Assembly (NCBI RefSeq): GCF_001194135.2
Contig: NC_068987.1
Span: 25,655,471 to 25,696,874, forward strand
Direction of reading: 5' to 3'
Length of the DNA stretch: 41,404 bases
Source: Octopus bimaculoides
Lineage: Eukaryota
Shown: piece by piece, positions 1 to 10,772 of the stretch
Layout: the number at the start of each line of letters is the position of its first letter
Position numbering within the stretch: position 1 is the first letter of the stretch
Program-made: the position numbers and the translations under genes
Notes under the pieces: generated by a model
What the model saw: only the letters and a program-made list of their open reading frames with translations
What the model was told of the DNA's origin: nothing
Databases searched by the model: none

Positions 1-41
<41 letters not shown>

Positions 42-196
42 ATGTATATATATCTGTGTATATATGCATATGTATATATATATATATATGTGTGTGTGTA
101 TATGTATACATATATGTGTGTGTGTATATGTATACATATATGTGTGTGTGTATATGTATGTGTGTATGTGTGTGTGTGTGTGTATTTGTGTATATA
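1..196. repeat. Compound (TA)n/(TG)n microsatellite
   Basis: Alternating TA/TG dinucleotide runs visible directly. Confidence 0.95.
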
Positions 197-495
197 TTGC
201 AAGCATCATCATTAATGTTGTATTGCTTGCTTTCTCTCTCTCTCTCTCTCACTCTCTCCCTCCCCCCGCTCCCTTTCCTTCCCTCCCTCATATATTTCTG
301 CCGCTAATCGCCTCTGTTACACAACTGTTGAATGATTAGACAATCAGTCACTAACAGAGTAACAATCGCCTCCCTTTGCACACATTCGTTAAGCGTAGAA
401 ATCCTAATAGTGACAGCATCGGCGGCTGTTATTGTGTTTTAGATGTTTTGTTTGTTTTGGTTTTTCTATTTCTCCATACTCATAACCCGAGGTAT

Positions 496-730
496 GGAAG
501 CGCATGCCTTAGTGATTAGGGTGCTCGACTCATTATCGTAAGATTGTGGTTTCGATTCCTGGACCGGGTGATGCGTTATGTTCTTGAGCAAAACACTTCG
601 TTTCACGTTATTCCCGTCCACTCAGCTGACAAAAGTGAGTAACCCTGCGACGGACCGGCGTCCTGTCCAGGGAGGAATATATACGTCAGAGAAACTGGGA
701 AGCCTGCCCTACGCTCCTTCCGAAGTAATG
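496..730 (+). mobile_element. tRNA-derived SINE, family B (my label)
   Basis: A-box-like TGCCTTAGTGATTAG and B-box-like GGTTTCGATTCC, then TTCTTGAGCAAAACACTT...TCCACTCAGCTG body shared with 1362-1565 and 13156-13447. Confidence 0.8.
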
Positions 731-859
731 TGGGAAAACCATAACCCAAGGTACCTTTAAAGTAGAAACATGTTCCGAATATTTGCAAAAACAGTGGACT
801 CCGCTAGAGGAACTTACGATGTTATGTCGTGGCGTCAAACCGGGCGACAGGTTAAGTCT

Positions 860-1075
860 ACCATCAGTGTAGGGTATGGCAGGATTTGAACTCAGTAACA
901 CCGTACACAAAGAGCCAGAACAAATACTGCCAGATACCTTGTCCGACATACTTTTTATCGACTCCCTTCATCTCCCACAAAAGTAAATAAATAAAATGAA
1001 TGAAAGCAAAGCAGACTGCAACAGAATTTGAACTCAGAACAAAGAGAGTCTAACGACTACACCAACTCGCCGCTT
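860..1075 (-). mobile_element. Degenerate family A SINE fragments
   Basis: GATTTGAACTCAG, TACTTTTTATCGACTCCC and AATTTGAACTCAGAAC match other family A copies. Confidence 0.55.
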
Positions 1076-1361
1076 ATTTTTTTGTACTGAGAGAACAAAG
1101 CTGTGATACACAGCGTTCCAAATATGTTAATTGCATCTGTTATATAATCAGAGAGTATCTCAGAATACTTTTATCCAATGTGCCCTTTGTCTTACTTATT
1201 ATTTATATATTTATTTAAAGAAGCGAAAATGTAAATCCCTGGGAATTTGGCTGCTGTTTTTGCAGTTCTTGCGACCACATGTAATCTCCCACGTTATTTC
1301 AGGCAGGCTGAAGTAGCTATGTCAGCTAATAAGATTTCTAAATTGGTAATAATATTTGTGT

Positions 1362-1565
1362 GGAGGCGCGTGGCCTAGTGGTTAGGGTGTCAGCATCACG
1401 ATCGTAAGATTGTGGTTTCGATTCCTGGACCGGGCGACGCGTTTGATTTTGAGCAAAACACTTCATTTCACATTGCTCCAGTCCACTCAGCGGGCAAAAA
1501 CGATTAACGCCATTGAAACCGGGAAACTGGGCCCATGAGTCTGGCTAGGCTTTAAAAGGGCGCAT
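1362..1565 (+). mobile_element. tRNA-derived SINE, family B
   Basis: GGAGGCGCGTGGCCTAGTGGTTAGG (A box) ... GGTTTCGATTCCTGGACCGGG (B box), with the same body as 496-730. Confidence 0.85.
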
Positions 1566-1716
1566 TTGATTTTTTGAATAGTGATTGTTGTTGTTGTTGT
1601 TGTTGTTGTGGTGGTGGTGGTAGAGACGATGGTCAGTGGCTTAACTAGAGTGTTCGTCTCGGACAAGCCTTGAGTGTGCAGTCACCATCCCGCATTCCCA
1701 AGCCTATTGAGGCTGA

Positions 1717-1963
1717 CAGTAAACCCTCGATTATCGCGGGTGTTACCTCACCGCTATAGGTGAAAATCCGCGAAATGGAAACAGTATTGTAGCGTATATA
1801 TATATTTTTTTAATTATTTTTATAATTTGAAAATATTTATTTTATAATAAATGCAAAACAACACCACGGAGGAATCGACGTAAGTTTAAATGATGAACCG
1901 CGATAGGTGAACCACGATAGGTGAACCGCGATAGGTGAACCGCGATATAGCGATTGATTACTG
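1717..1963. mobile_element. pogo/Tigger-like MITE
   Basis: Imperfect TIRs CAGTAAACCCTCGATTATCGCGG / CCGCGATATAGCGATTGATTACTG, AT-rich core, four 14-bp TGAACCGCGATAGG repeats at 1894-1949. Confidence 0.7.
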
Positions 1964-2039
1964 CATACAGCAGACCTAAGAGGGCTCTCCCCATAAAAGC
2001 GTCACCCGGAGCGGACTGCCCCTAGCCATTTTACTGTCA

Positions 2040-2503
2040 ACGGCGGCGGCGGCGGTGATGGTGATTGTGGTTGCGTGGTATTTTTGTGTGTTGAGATGCT
2101 GGTTGTTGTGTGTTGTAGTTGTGACGTGATGGTACGATGGTATTGTGTGACAATAACGTAGTGTGGACCCTTTCGTTGTATGGTGGAAGTAAGGCGTAAG
2201 TTTGGGGAGTAATGTGGCAGTGGTTTTAATGGGACTTAGTGTAAAGCGGGGAAGTTGGTAAGGCGTTTAAGTATAGTGAGGTAATGATGTTTGGTAATAT
2301 TGTTGGTAACGGAGCTGGTGATGGCAGTGATGATGCTGATGGAAATTGGGGGGGGGGGATAAAGCGGCAATGATTGGGGATGGCCATGATTTTTGAGATG
2401 GTGGTGGTGGTGGTGAAGTGGTTGGTGGTGATAGCAGTGGCTGAAGTAGTGGTTATAAGGATGGTGATGATGGTGGTGGTGGTGGTGGTGGTAATGGTGG
2501 TGG
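2040..2503. repeat. Degenerate (GGT/GAT/GTT)n low-complexity tract
   Basis: Trinucleotide runs ending at the assembly gap 2504-2772. Confidence 0.85.
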
Positions 2504-2772
2504 NNNNNNNNNNNNNNNNNNNNNNNNNNNNNNNNNNNNNNNNNNNNNNNNNNNNNNNNNNNNNNNNNNNNNNNNNNNNNNNNNNNNNNNNNNNNNNNNN
2601 NNNNNNNNNNNNNNNNNNNNNNNNNNNNNNNNNNNNNNNNNNNNNNNNNNNNNNNNNNNNNNNNNNNNNNNNNNNNNNNNNNNNNNNNNNNNNNNNNNNN
2701 NNNNNNNNNNNNNNNNNNNNNNNNNNNNNNNNNNNNNNNNNNNNNNNNNNNNNNNNNNNNNNNNNNNNNNNN
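2504..2772. other. Assembly gap (others: 7096-7512, 8742-9001, 17731-17781, 28781-29740, 35819-36005)
   Basis: Runs of N, mostly bordered by microsatellites. Confidence 0.99.
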
Positions 2773-3249
2773 GTAGGGGTGGGGTGGATTTGGCGGTGTG
2801 TATGTGCGCGCGCGTGTGCGCATTTAGGGGTTGGAATATTGGTGGGGTTGTTTCCGATGTTTTTTTTTCGGGACATGGGATAATGAAAGGAATTATTTTA
2901 TTGTCGCTGCTCCTGCTGATTTGTTGATGTTGTTTTTGTTGCTGTTGTTGTTTGAGAGTGGGAAAATAAAGTAATTTAGAAAGAAAGGAATAAACAATAT
3001 ATATACATACATATATATATACTGAAGAGCACCAGACTAGATTGCTTACTGTCATTTAAATCTGACCTCCTACATGTTGAGTTCAAATCGTGCTAGAATC
3101 ATCTGAACTTCACATAGTCTCAGAAGTGATTGAATAAATGCGTTGCCGATCACGTGGTTTGCTTCTGGTAAATTTTATCATTAAAAGGGAGAGAATCACT
3201 TCTAGGTTAAATTAAGTTAAAGAACATGCATACTTTGTCTCTTTTTAAT

Positions 3250-3350
3250 CTCTTTTACTTGTTTCAATCGTTAGACCGCGGCCATGCTGGGGCACCGCCT
3301 TGAATTTTTAGTCGAGTGAATCGACCTCAGCACTTATTTACTTTTTAAAG
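3250..3350 (-). mobile_element. Family C SINE, 3' fragment
   Basis: TTGTTTCAATCGTTAGACCGCGGCCATGCTGGGGCACC matches the family C tail at 5830 and 9425. Confidence 0.7.
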
Positions 3351-3659
3351 CCTTGTGGTGTTTGTTCCAGCTCTCAGTATCATGGCAGTAACGCCAGCTA
3401 CAACACAAATACCTAGCTGCATTGACTCATGTCGGCGGTTATCACGTGGATAGACATCAGTGAGTTGACCAGTAGGTAGCTGGGATGGCGGTGGACAAGG
3501 ACACAGTCCGCCACGAGCGGCGATTTTAAGTGGACGGCACTTCTGGGTTTGCTGTATTCTTTGAATACATGTGAGAGAAATCTGCGTCACAACTATTCTC
3601 TCTCTCTCTCCCTCTACACCCTCTCTCAAGAGCATCTCCCGGCGGCACACTCTGTAGCT

Positions 3660-4545
3660 ACATCACAGGACGTATAGAAGGAAGACCTGTATGCATAGGT
3701 AACTACCAGCCCTTCCTCAAAACAATCTTTCTCTGAGCTACGCATATGTGTAGACATGAGATCAACATTGATCGACAGAGGTCTTTTAGTGCCCCCGCCA
3801 CGTCAGTTCCCTATCACAAGAATCGATAGGTAATAGTATCGTTATTAACAAAAACTGGAGATCCTCACTCACTAATACATTTTAGTAACAACTCGAGGAT
3901 AACCTAAGGCTCTTATGATGAGAGAAATGACTGAGTGGATACATTTTGGGATTACCATCATCTATCTTTTCAGTTCAAACTCATTGTAAGCGATTTGAGA
4001 TATATACTTAACAGCAAGCATTCGATCCAATACTCGGCCTAAAGAGAAAATATCTCTCAACCCTCCCAGAGACCTCTGTTCCTGTGAACAAGCTATAAGA
4101 AATATATTTTATGCTTTTCAGTCCACTTACTTAACGAGAAATAAGTACCATATCTCATCTTTCAAACACGGTTTCCTATCTTTTGAACTGTTTATCTCTC
4201 ATCATTTTTAATTCTGTGTCGCTCTGAAATAAGAACAAACATTTAATCTCCTCATTTTCCCACCATGATGTAAAGTCCATTTTTTGCTTATGATATTCAA
4301 CTGACATCATCATGCTAAACTCTCAAAGGCAGAACGAACCCTACTTTTCAGCACTCCTTATCGATTTTTCTCTCTATTGATTTTGTCGTGCATGTGTATT
4401 TGTACGTGTTGTGGAGGAGTATGTAAGTCTATGGATAGAATGTAGACGAGTCTCTGAAGGCCGTTGCCATTCAGCCAACAATAAACTAACACAAAATATC
4501 TCCAATTGGCCTTTCTAAGTTTTCTCTTGATAGAACTTAATAACT
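3660..4545 (+). mobile_element. Probable decayed Penelope-like element (GIY-YIG end plus 3' region)
   Basis: Broken translations TIIYLSVQTHCK, ETSVPVNK and REISTISHLSNTVSYLLN resemble the PLE endonuclease pattern (IYxIxCxxC...PVAxHF...RExxWIxxLxTxxPxGLN). Many stops and frameshifts; matched from memory. Confidence 0.35.
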
Positions 4546-4570
4546 TCGTTTTAAAGTTGTGCTAAAAAGT

Positions 4571-4652
4571 GTGTGTGTGTGTGTGTGTGTGTATGAATGC
4601 ATGTATGTATTTATATGAGAGTGTGTGTATACATGCATATGATGATACGTAA

Positions 4653-4696
<44 letters not shown>
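4571..4696. repeat. (GT)n microsatellites
   Basis: Direct inspection. Confidence 0.95.
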
Positions 4697-4698
<2 letters not shown>

Positions 4699-5386
4699 TG
4701 CAGAAGCACACACGCATAATTTAGTCAATACTTTCGAAATAAAAGTTCACGTCCCAAATACCTCTTATTTACCATGCAAACTTCACATTCTTTGAATACA
4801 TGTGAGAGAAATCTGCGTCACAACTATTCTCTCTCTCCTTCTGCACCCTCTCTCTCTCTCCCTTTGCCCTCACTCTCTCTCTCTCTCTCTCTCTACCCCC
4901 TCTCTCTCCTTCTACCCTGTGTGTATGTGTGTGAGAGAGAAAGAGAGAGAGAGCGTATATGTGTATGTGTCCCTGTGTCCTTCTTTCCCTTTTCTGTTTT
5001 ATGGCAGATTTCCATCGTCCGACGGAGAGGATTTTGTCGTTCGATCAACTAAATAACTTGCTCGCGAATGAATGTGCTAAATTGCTGAGTATTCCATGTG
5101 TACCCTTAACATAATTCTCAAGCAGAGAGCGTGATAAGGCTGTACCTTTTGAATTACAAATACATTCCACTCTTATCATGAAATTTCACTGCAAAAGTAT
5201 TGTCTTGTAACAAGACAAACTTTTCACTCAACGATATTACTCCACCAACACGAACACCTCCGCCAAATAAAACTATTAGCGCCTTTTATCTGAACGCCAT
5301 ATGTTATCAATCCAGGGTAGCGGATTGCTAAAACTGTATTTGTTGCATTTCGGATCCTTATTTAAACCATCGTCTCGCTTAATACC

Positions 5387-5558
5387 GGTTTCAAATATTG
5401 GCACAAGGCCAGAAATTTCACGGGAGGGGATGAATCGGCTGCTACTTATTTTATCGACCCCGAAAGGATGAAAGGCAAAGTCAACCACGGCGGACGAAAT
5501 ACCGCTAATCATTTAGCCCGGTGGGCTGAAGATTCTGCCAGCTCTCCATCTTAGGTTC
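5387..5558 (-). mobile_element. Family A SINE with internal deletion and 11-bp TSD
   Basis: TACTTATTTTATCGACCCCGAAAGGATGAAAGGCAAAGTC core; flanked by CGCTTAATACC at 5376-5386 and 5559-5569. Confidence 0.85.
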
Positions 5559-5829
5559 CGCTTAATACCACTATCACCTGGCATTTTAGGAGACTTTAGC
5601 AGAATCCATTCTGTTGTAAAAATTCGAACCTAGTCTCCAGTTTGCAGTTATCTCCCCTTCCACTTCCTCCCTATCTACCTAACATCTGTCTCGGTGGCTT
5701 TGTGAAGAATCGTAGACATTGCTTTCTCTCTTGACTAAAAGATTAAAAGGAAACATTAAAAGAATGCATACTATAAATTCCGTATTTTACCATAACACAC
5801 GCAATGTCTAATACGTTAGTTTTATATTT

Positions 5830-6292
5830 TATTTTTTGCTTGTTTCAGTCATTAGTCTAATGTTGGGGCACTACCCTGAAGAATTTTTAGTCGAATGAAT
5901 CGACCTACTAGTATTTATTCTATCGGACAATTTTGCCGAACCGTTAAGTTACCGGTTGTCAAGCGGTTGTCACACACACACATATATATATACAAGGTGT
6001 CCATAAGGTCTGGGTACATGGAGTAAATAAAATCATAACATAAACAATTAAATATAAGAAATAATAATTTCTTAAAGTATGTGTTAATCCCCATGTACCC
6101 AGACTTTGTGGACACCCTGTATATATACGACAGACATCTCTCAGTTTCCGTTTACCAAATCCACTCACAAGGCCTTGGTCGACAGAAGGATATACTAGAA
6201 GATACTTGCTCAGGGTGCCACGCAGTGGGACTGAACATGGAACCATGTGATTCGGAAGCAAGCTTCTTAGCACACGACCATACCAGCACCTA
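5830..6292 (-). mobile_element. Family C tRNA-derived SINE (octopus OR/OK-like), interrupted by a MITE
   Basis: Reverse complement begins TAGGTGCTGGTATGGTCGTGTGCTAAGAAGCTTGCTTCC...GGTTCCATGTTCAGTCCC; central CA/TA tract; tail shared with 9425-9805. Confidence 0.85.
5993..6119. mobile_element. Tc1/mariner-type MITE
   Basis: 29-bp TIRs matching at 26/29 (CAAGGTGTCCATAAGGTCTGGGTACATGG), with TA on both sides. Confidence 0.9.
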
Positions 6293-6397
6293 TTGTTGAA
6301 ATTATGAAAACAACGTCCTGTTATCATAAACATGGACTTCATCTCTTATCGTTACTGGCTGATATTCATTAGCAAATCCATCGCCTCAATCTCACTT

Positions 6398-6400
<3 letters not shown>

Positions 6401-6447
<47 letters not shown>
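6401..6447. repeat. (CT)n microsatellite
   Basis: Direct inspection. Confidence 0.95.
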
Positions 6448-6456
<9 letters not shown>

Positions 6457-6679
6457 TCTATTCCCTTTGTGTATTTATTGATAATTGATTTATTTTAGTA
6501 AAGTTTAATTAGTAACTGGAGATTAATTCTCATCCAATTTGCTATTAACTGAAATGGGTGATGGTTTTCTTTTTAGTTTTGTTTTTATTTGTTTGTTTTT
6601 TAATTGATTCGATGGTAAAGTCATTTACCTGTTCACAGAAGAGCCCGAGGCACTTCACAATCATATTTCCAAAGTCGTG

Positions 6680-6779
6680 TCATATTAAGACGAGTCAAGT
6701 ACCGGGGTCGAATTAATCGACTAGTCCCTTCCCACCAAAATTCCTGACCTTATACCTATAGTAGAAAGGGTTATTATTG

Positions 6780-6832
<53 letters not shown>
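6680..6832 (+). mobile_element. Family A SINE 3' part with (ATT)n tail
   Basis: GTACCGGGGTCGAATTAATCGACTAGTCCC...AAAATT...TAGAAAGGG followed by TTATTATT repeats. Confidence 0.7.
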
Positions 6833-6835
<3 letters not shown>

Positions 6836-7696
6836 TAGTTTTATTTTTATAACGTGCTTTCACTTCACTACCGAGCGCAGCTCTGTGCGCCTTGGGTATG
6901 TGCTGTGGTTTGCTGTGGTGCTCTTATGTTTACTGTATTGAAAGTGTTTTGCGTAGAATGTGTGCAGTACCCAGTAGTGCAATTTTCTGTATGTTATATA
7001 TATTTGTAAGTCCTGGTGTTTTTGTTATGTATTTGTCTGAATATTTTTTTATTATACCTAAGGCACCTACTATGATAGGAATTGTTTCTGTTTTTNNNNN
7101 NNNNNNNNNNNNNNNNNNNNNNNNNNNNNNNNNNNNNNNNNNNNNNNNNNNNNNNNNNNNNNNNNNNNNNNNNNNNNNNNNNNNNNNNNNNNNNNNNNNN
7201 NNNNNNNNNNNNNNNNNNNNNNNNNNNNNNNNNNNNNNNNNNNNNNNNNNNNNNNNNNNNNNNNNNNNNNNNNNNNNNNNNNNNNNNNNNNNNNNNNNNN
7301 NNNNNNNNNNNNNNNNNNNNNNNNNNNNNNNNNNNNNNNNNNNNNNNNNNNNNNNNNNNNNNNNNNNNNNNNNNNNNNNNNNNNNNNNNNNNNNNNNNNN
7401 NNNNNNNNNNNNNNNNNNNNNNNNNNNNNNNNNNNNNNNNNNNNNNNNNNNNNNNNNNNNNNNNNNNNNNNNNNNNNNNNNNNNNNNNNNNNNNNNNNNN
7501 NNNNNNNNNNNNATAATATGATTTATTGTTTCTTGTCGATCTCCACATATTCTACAGTTACTTGTTATATTTCTTTTCATTATGTGTTTTTGGTAATTTC
7601 TGGTGGGGAGGCTTTGGTCTTGTGCAGCAATTAAAAATCCTTCAGTCTCTGCTTTGAGTCCTGAGCTTCTCAGCCATTGCTGGGATTTTTCTCTGT

Positions 7697-7700
<4 letters not shown>
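6833..7700 (-). mobile_element. 5'-truncated R4/Dong-clade non-LTR retrotransposon (zinc knuckle plus REL endonuclease end)
   Basis: Frame open from 7697 to 6930 on both sides of the N gap: QQWLRSSGLKAETEGFLIAAQDQSLPTRNYQKHIMKRNITSNCRICGDRQETINHI...TIPIIVGALG...IQKIALLGTAHILRKTL*. Flanked by (TTA)n on both sides. Confidence 0.9.

Positions 7701-7768
<68 letters not shown>
7700..7768. repeat. (TTA)n microsatellite
   Basis: Direct inspection. Confidence 0.97.
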
Positions 7769-7774
7769 GCCGGA

Positions 7775-8001
7775 AAGGCAGCGAGATGGCAAAACCGTTT
7801 GCACACCGGGCAAAATGCTTAACAGGATTTCGTCCGTCTTTATGTTCTAGGCTCAAATGCTGGCAGAGTCCACTTTGCCTTTCAGCCTTTCGGGGTTGAC
7901 AAAATAAATACCAATTTAACACTGGGGGTTGATGTAATCGACTTAACTCCTTCCCTAAACTCCTGGCATGGTGCCAAAATTTGAAACCATTATTATTATT
8001 A
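7775..8001 (+). mobile_element. Full-length family A SINE with (ATT)n tail
   Basis: AAGGCAGCGAGATGGCAAAACCGTTTGCACACCGGGCAAAATGCTTA...CAAAATTTGAAACCATTATTATT. Confidence 0.85.
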
Positions 8002-8029
8002 CCAGAACACAGGGAAAACTTCTTTGTGA

Positions 8030-8282
8030 CATTTCTTCCGGTTCTTCACGTTTTGAGTTCAAATCCCTCCGAGCTTAAATTAACCTTTCATCATTTCAGG
8101 GTCGATAGAATGAGTATCAGCTGGGCATTGGTATCGATGTCATCCATTAGCTCTCTCTACCAAAATTTTGGGCTTTGTACCTAGAATAGAAGGAATTATT
8201 GTTATTGAGCAATGGGGTCGATGTAATCGAGTAGCCCCCTCCCTCAAAATTTGTGCTCTTAGTGGAAAGAATTATAATTATT
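8030..8282 (+). mobile_element. Degenerate family A SINE pieces
   Basis: TTTGAGTTCAAATCC...GGGTCGATAGAATGAGTATCAG plus a duplicated 3' end. Confidence 0.65.
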
Positions 8283-8673
8283 ATGAAAACAATATGTTCA
8301 AATTACCTTGTATTTAATCGCGAACTTCATATTCTAAGTCCAAAATCTCCCTCGGAGTGACTTTGGCATGCATCCTTCCTTCCAGCTCGGAGTCACTCTT
8401 GGCAATTCTCCTCTCCTCAAATATTTGGGGAGAGTAGCCTTATCTTCCCAATTATTATAGTTGCTACTTTTATCAAATAAGAAAGGACAAAGCATTTTGC
8501 TTTATTTGAGTAACGGTCGTATATTTGTCTAAATCTAAACTGACGGTTTGTCTTCCTTACTTCTGCTTTCGCTCCTTTGCATATACAATCTGCATTGTAC
8601 TGGCTTTTAGAAACCAATTTTAACAAATCTATCTCACAATGCTTGCTTCAAACTACACTCCTCTGAAACACGC

Positions 8674-8675
<2 letters not shown>

Positions 8676-8741
<66 letters not shown>

Positions 8742-9001
8742 NNNNNNNNNNNNNNNNNNNNNNNNNNNNNNNNNNNNNNNNNNNNNNNNNNNNNNNNNNN
8801 NNNNNNNNNNNNNNNNNNNNNNNNNNNNNNNNNNNNNNNNNNNNNNNNNNNNNNNNNNNNNNNNNNNNNNNNNNNNNNNNNNNNNNNNNNNNNNNNNNNN
8901 NNNNNNNNNNNNNNNNNNNNNNNNNNNNNNNNNNNNNNNNNNNNNNNNNNNNNNNNNNNNNNNNNNNNNNNNNNNNNNNNNNNNNNNNNNNNNNNNNNNN
9001 N

Positions 9002-9060
<59 letters not shown>

Positions 9061-9085
9061 TCTCTCTCACACACACACACACACT
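8676..9085. repeat. (CT)n/(CA)n microsatellite spanning a gap
   Basis: Direct inspection. Confidence 0.95.
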
Positions 9086-9237
9086 TTCTAATGTCTGAAA
9101 TATCAAAAGCCCTTTCCTTTCAAACATCATACTTCTAATACATTTTTTAAACTTGTCCTTCTCTCCTGTTTTTACTTATTCATCATATATGTATATATAC
9201 ATATATATATTATATACATGTATGTGTGTGTGTGTTA

Positions 9238-9290
9238 CTTTAATGAACTTTTACTTATTTTCTCCTTTTCTCTTTTTATTACAGGTAAGT
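9238..9290 (+). promoter_or_regulatory. Candidate recursive splice site (polypyrimidine tract-ACAG|GTAAGT)
   Basis: TTTTACTTATTTTCTCCTTTTCTCTTTTTATTACAG directly abuts the consensus donor GTAAGT; TTTAAT is a branch-point-like motif about 40 nt upstream. Confidence 0.45.
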
Positions 9291-9424
9291 TCCAAGCTGT
9301 TTCCACCGCTAATCCTTGCTACGTTTACCTGGGTAGACACCTGACCGAATAAAATCTGGTGAGATCGTTTCAGTTAATGTTGAATAAGGTGCGATAGAGT
9401 AAATTGGGTGAAAGGAGATTGTTT

Positions 9425-9805
9425 TATTCTTGTACTTGTTTCAGTCATTTGACTGTGGCCATGCTGGAGCACTACCTGGTAGGGTCTGTTTCTTAGTCGA
9501 ACAAATCGAACCCAGCACTTTTTTTCTTAAAGCCTTATACTTAATCTATCGGTTTCTTCTGCCGAAACGCTATGTTACTGGGATGTAGACACACCAATAT
9601 CGGCTGTCAAGCGGAGAACAAGTACACAAACACGCACACACCACACACACACACACACATCTACATGTCGGGCTTCTTTCACAAGGCTTTAGTCGGTCCG
9701 AGGCTATAGCAGAAGACATTGCCCAAGGTGCCACTCATTGGGACTGAACCCGGAACCATATGGTTGGAAAGCAAGCTTCTTGCCATACAGCCAAGCCTGC
9801 GCTTA
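9425..9805 (-). mobile_element. Family C SINE, near full length
   Basis: GTTTCAGTCATTTGACTGTGGCCATGCTGGAGCAC ... GGGACTGAACCCGGAACCATATGGTTGGAAAGCAAGCTTCTTGCCATACAGCC. Confidence 0.9.
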
Positions 9806-9929
9806 ATTAGAAAACTTTTAGATGCTCTTTAATCTTTACTTATTACTTCTATCTATGCACGCATCTATATGTATTATGTACTATGTATATATGTGTGTAT
9901 CATTTATATGTATGTGTATATCACATATA

Positions 9930-10144
9930 CGAGGGAGTGCTGAAAAGTTCCATGTTTTAAGAGTGTCGCGAAAGGCCTGACTGGAAACCCAACCTTCCGA
10001 GTTCTTTCACATGGCTAAGAAAAACTGACGATCTGCTACAATAAGTGTGTGAATCTGAGATGAGAATATGTTGAATAAAATCAATTAAAGGATCCTCCTG
10101 TATTTTCTTTTATCCTAAGCCAGGAACTTTCCAGCAGCCCCTCG
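9930..10144 (+). mobile_element. Mariner-derived MITE (internal deletion derivative)
   Basis: 22-bp TIRs matching at 19/22 (CGAGGGAGTGCTGAAAAGTTCC), TA TSD, and the relic CYNKCVNLR*EYVE* resembling the mariner C-terminus. Confidence 0.85.
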
Positions 10145-10664
10145 TATGTATATATGTATGTATGTTTGTGTGTATGTACTCCATATTTACATGTGATTAT
10201 GTGTTTGTGTTCAGCTCAGGGACCTCAAATAGAGAATTCCTGGAATGTTTTTCAAAATGTATCTATTATATTTAATATATTGACTTGTGCGTATGTCTGC
10301 ATGTGAGTCTCTTAACTTTTCATGAGAGAATTTCAAGATGGATTGACAACTGAAGAGCAGTAACTTTAATAAAATGCAACAAAATATATTAATAAATTTA
10401 TTAATATATGTCCTACATGTGATGACATACTCGGCTATGAATTTTGGCTTTTCGGATTCTTTTGATAAAGAAAATATCCAGAACACTGTGCGTATGTATG
10501 TGAGGGTGAATATGTACGTTTGTTTGTGTGTATGCGCGCGCGCGTGTGTGTGGCGTTCAGTGTAAGGCTCTCATTAAAGTTTGAAGGAACTACATCATGT
10601 GTGCGTTTGTATATTTTTGTATATATATGTGTGTGTATGTGTGTATGCGTATGTGTGTTTGTAT

Positions 10665-10702
<38 letters not shown>

Positions 10703-10737
10703 AACGCTATGCCAAAATTTCGGACAGCTTTTTACAG

Positions 10738-10772
10738 AACTATATTAGAGATGTCCTCATCATGAAGAAGAG
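10738..10772 (+). CDS. Candidate internal exon (NYIRDVLIMKKR), unknown gene
   Basis: TTTTTACAG| ... GAG|GTAAGA; only the phase-0 frame is open. Confidence 0.25.

Noticed and set aside
496-1450. tRNA genes suggested by A/B boxes (also at 39930-40000 and in family C heads)
   Set aside because: They continue into SINE bodies and lack a complete cloverleaf.
3916-3935. C/D snoRNA-like ATGATGA...CTGA
   Set aside because: No downstream D box or terminal stem at a suitable distance.
4448-4480. Possible hammerhead remnant CTGAAGGCCGTTGCC
   Set aside because: GAAA and most of the core are absent; cannot be supported.
8300-8420. Minus-strand protein-like stretch ERRIAKSDSELEGRMHAKVTPREILDLEYEVRD*
   Set aside because: Poor acceptor; partly produced by a local CTCGGAGTSACT duplication; no family recognised.
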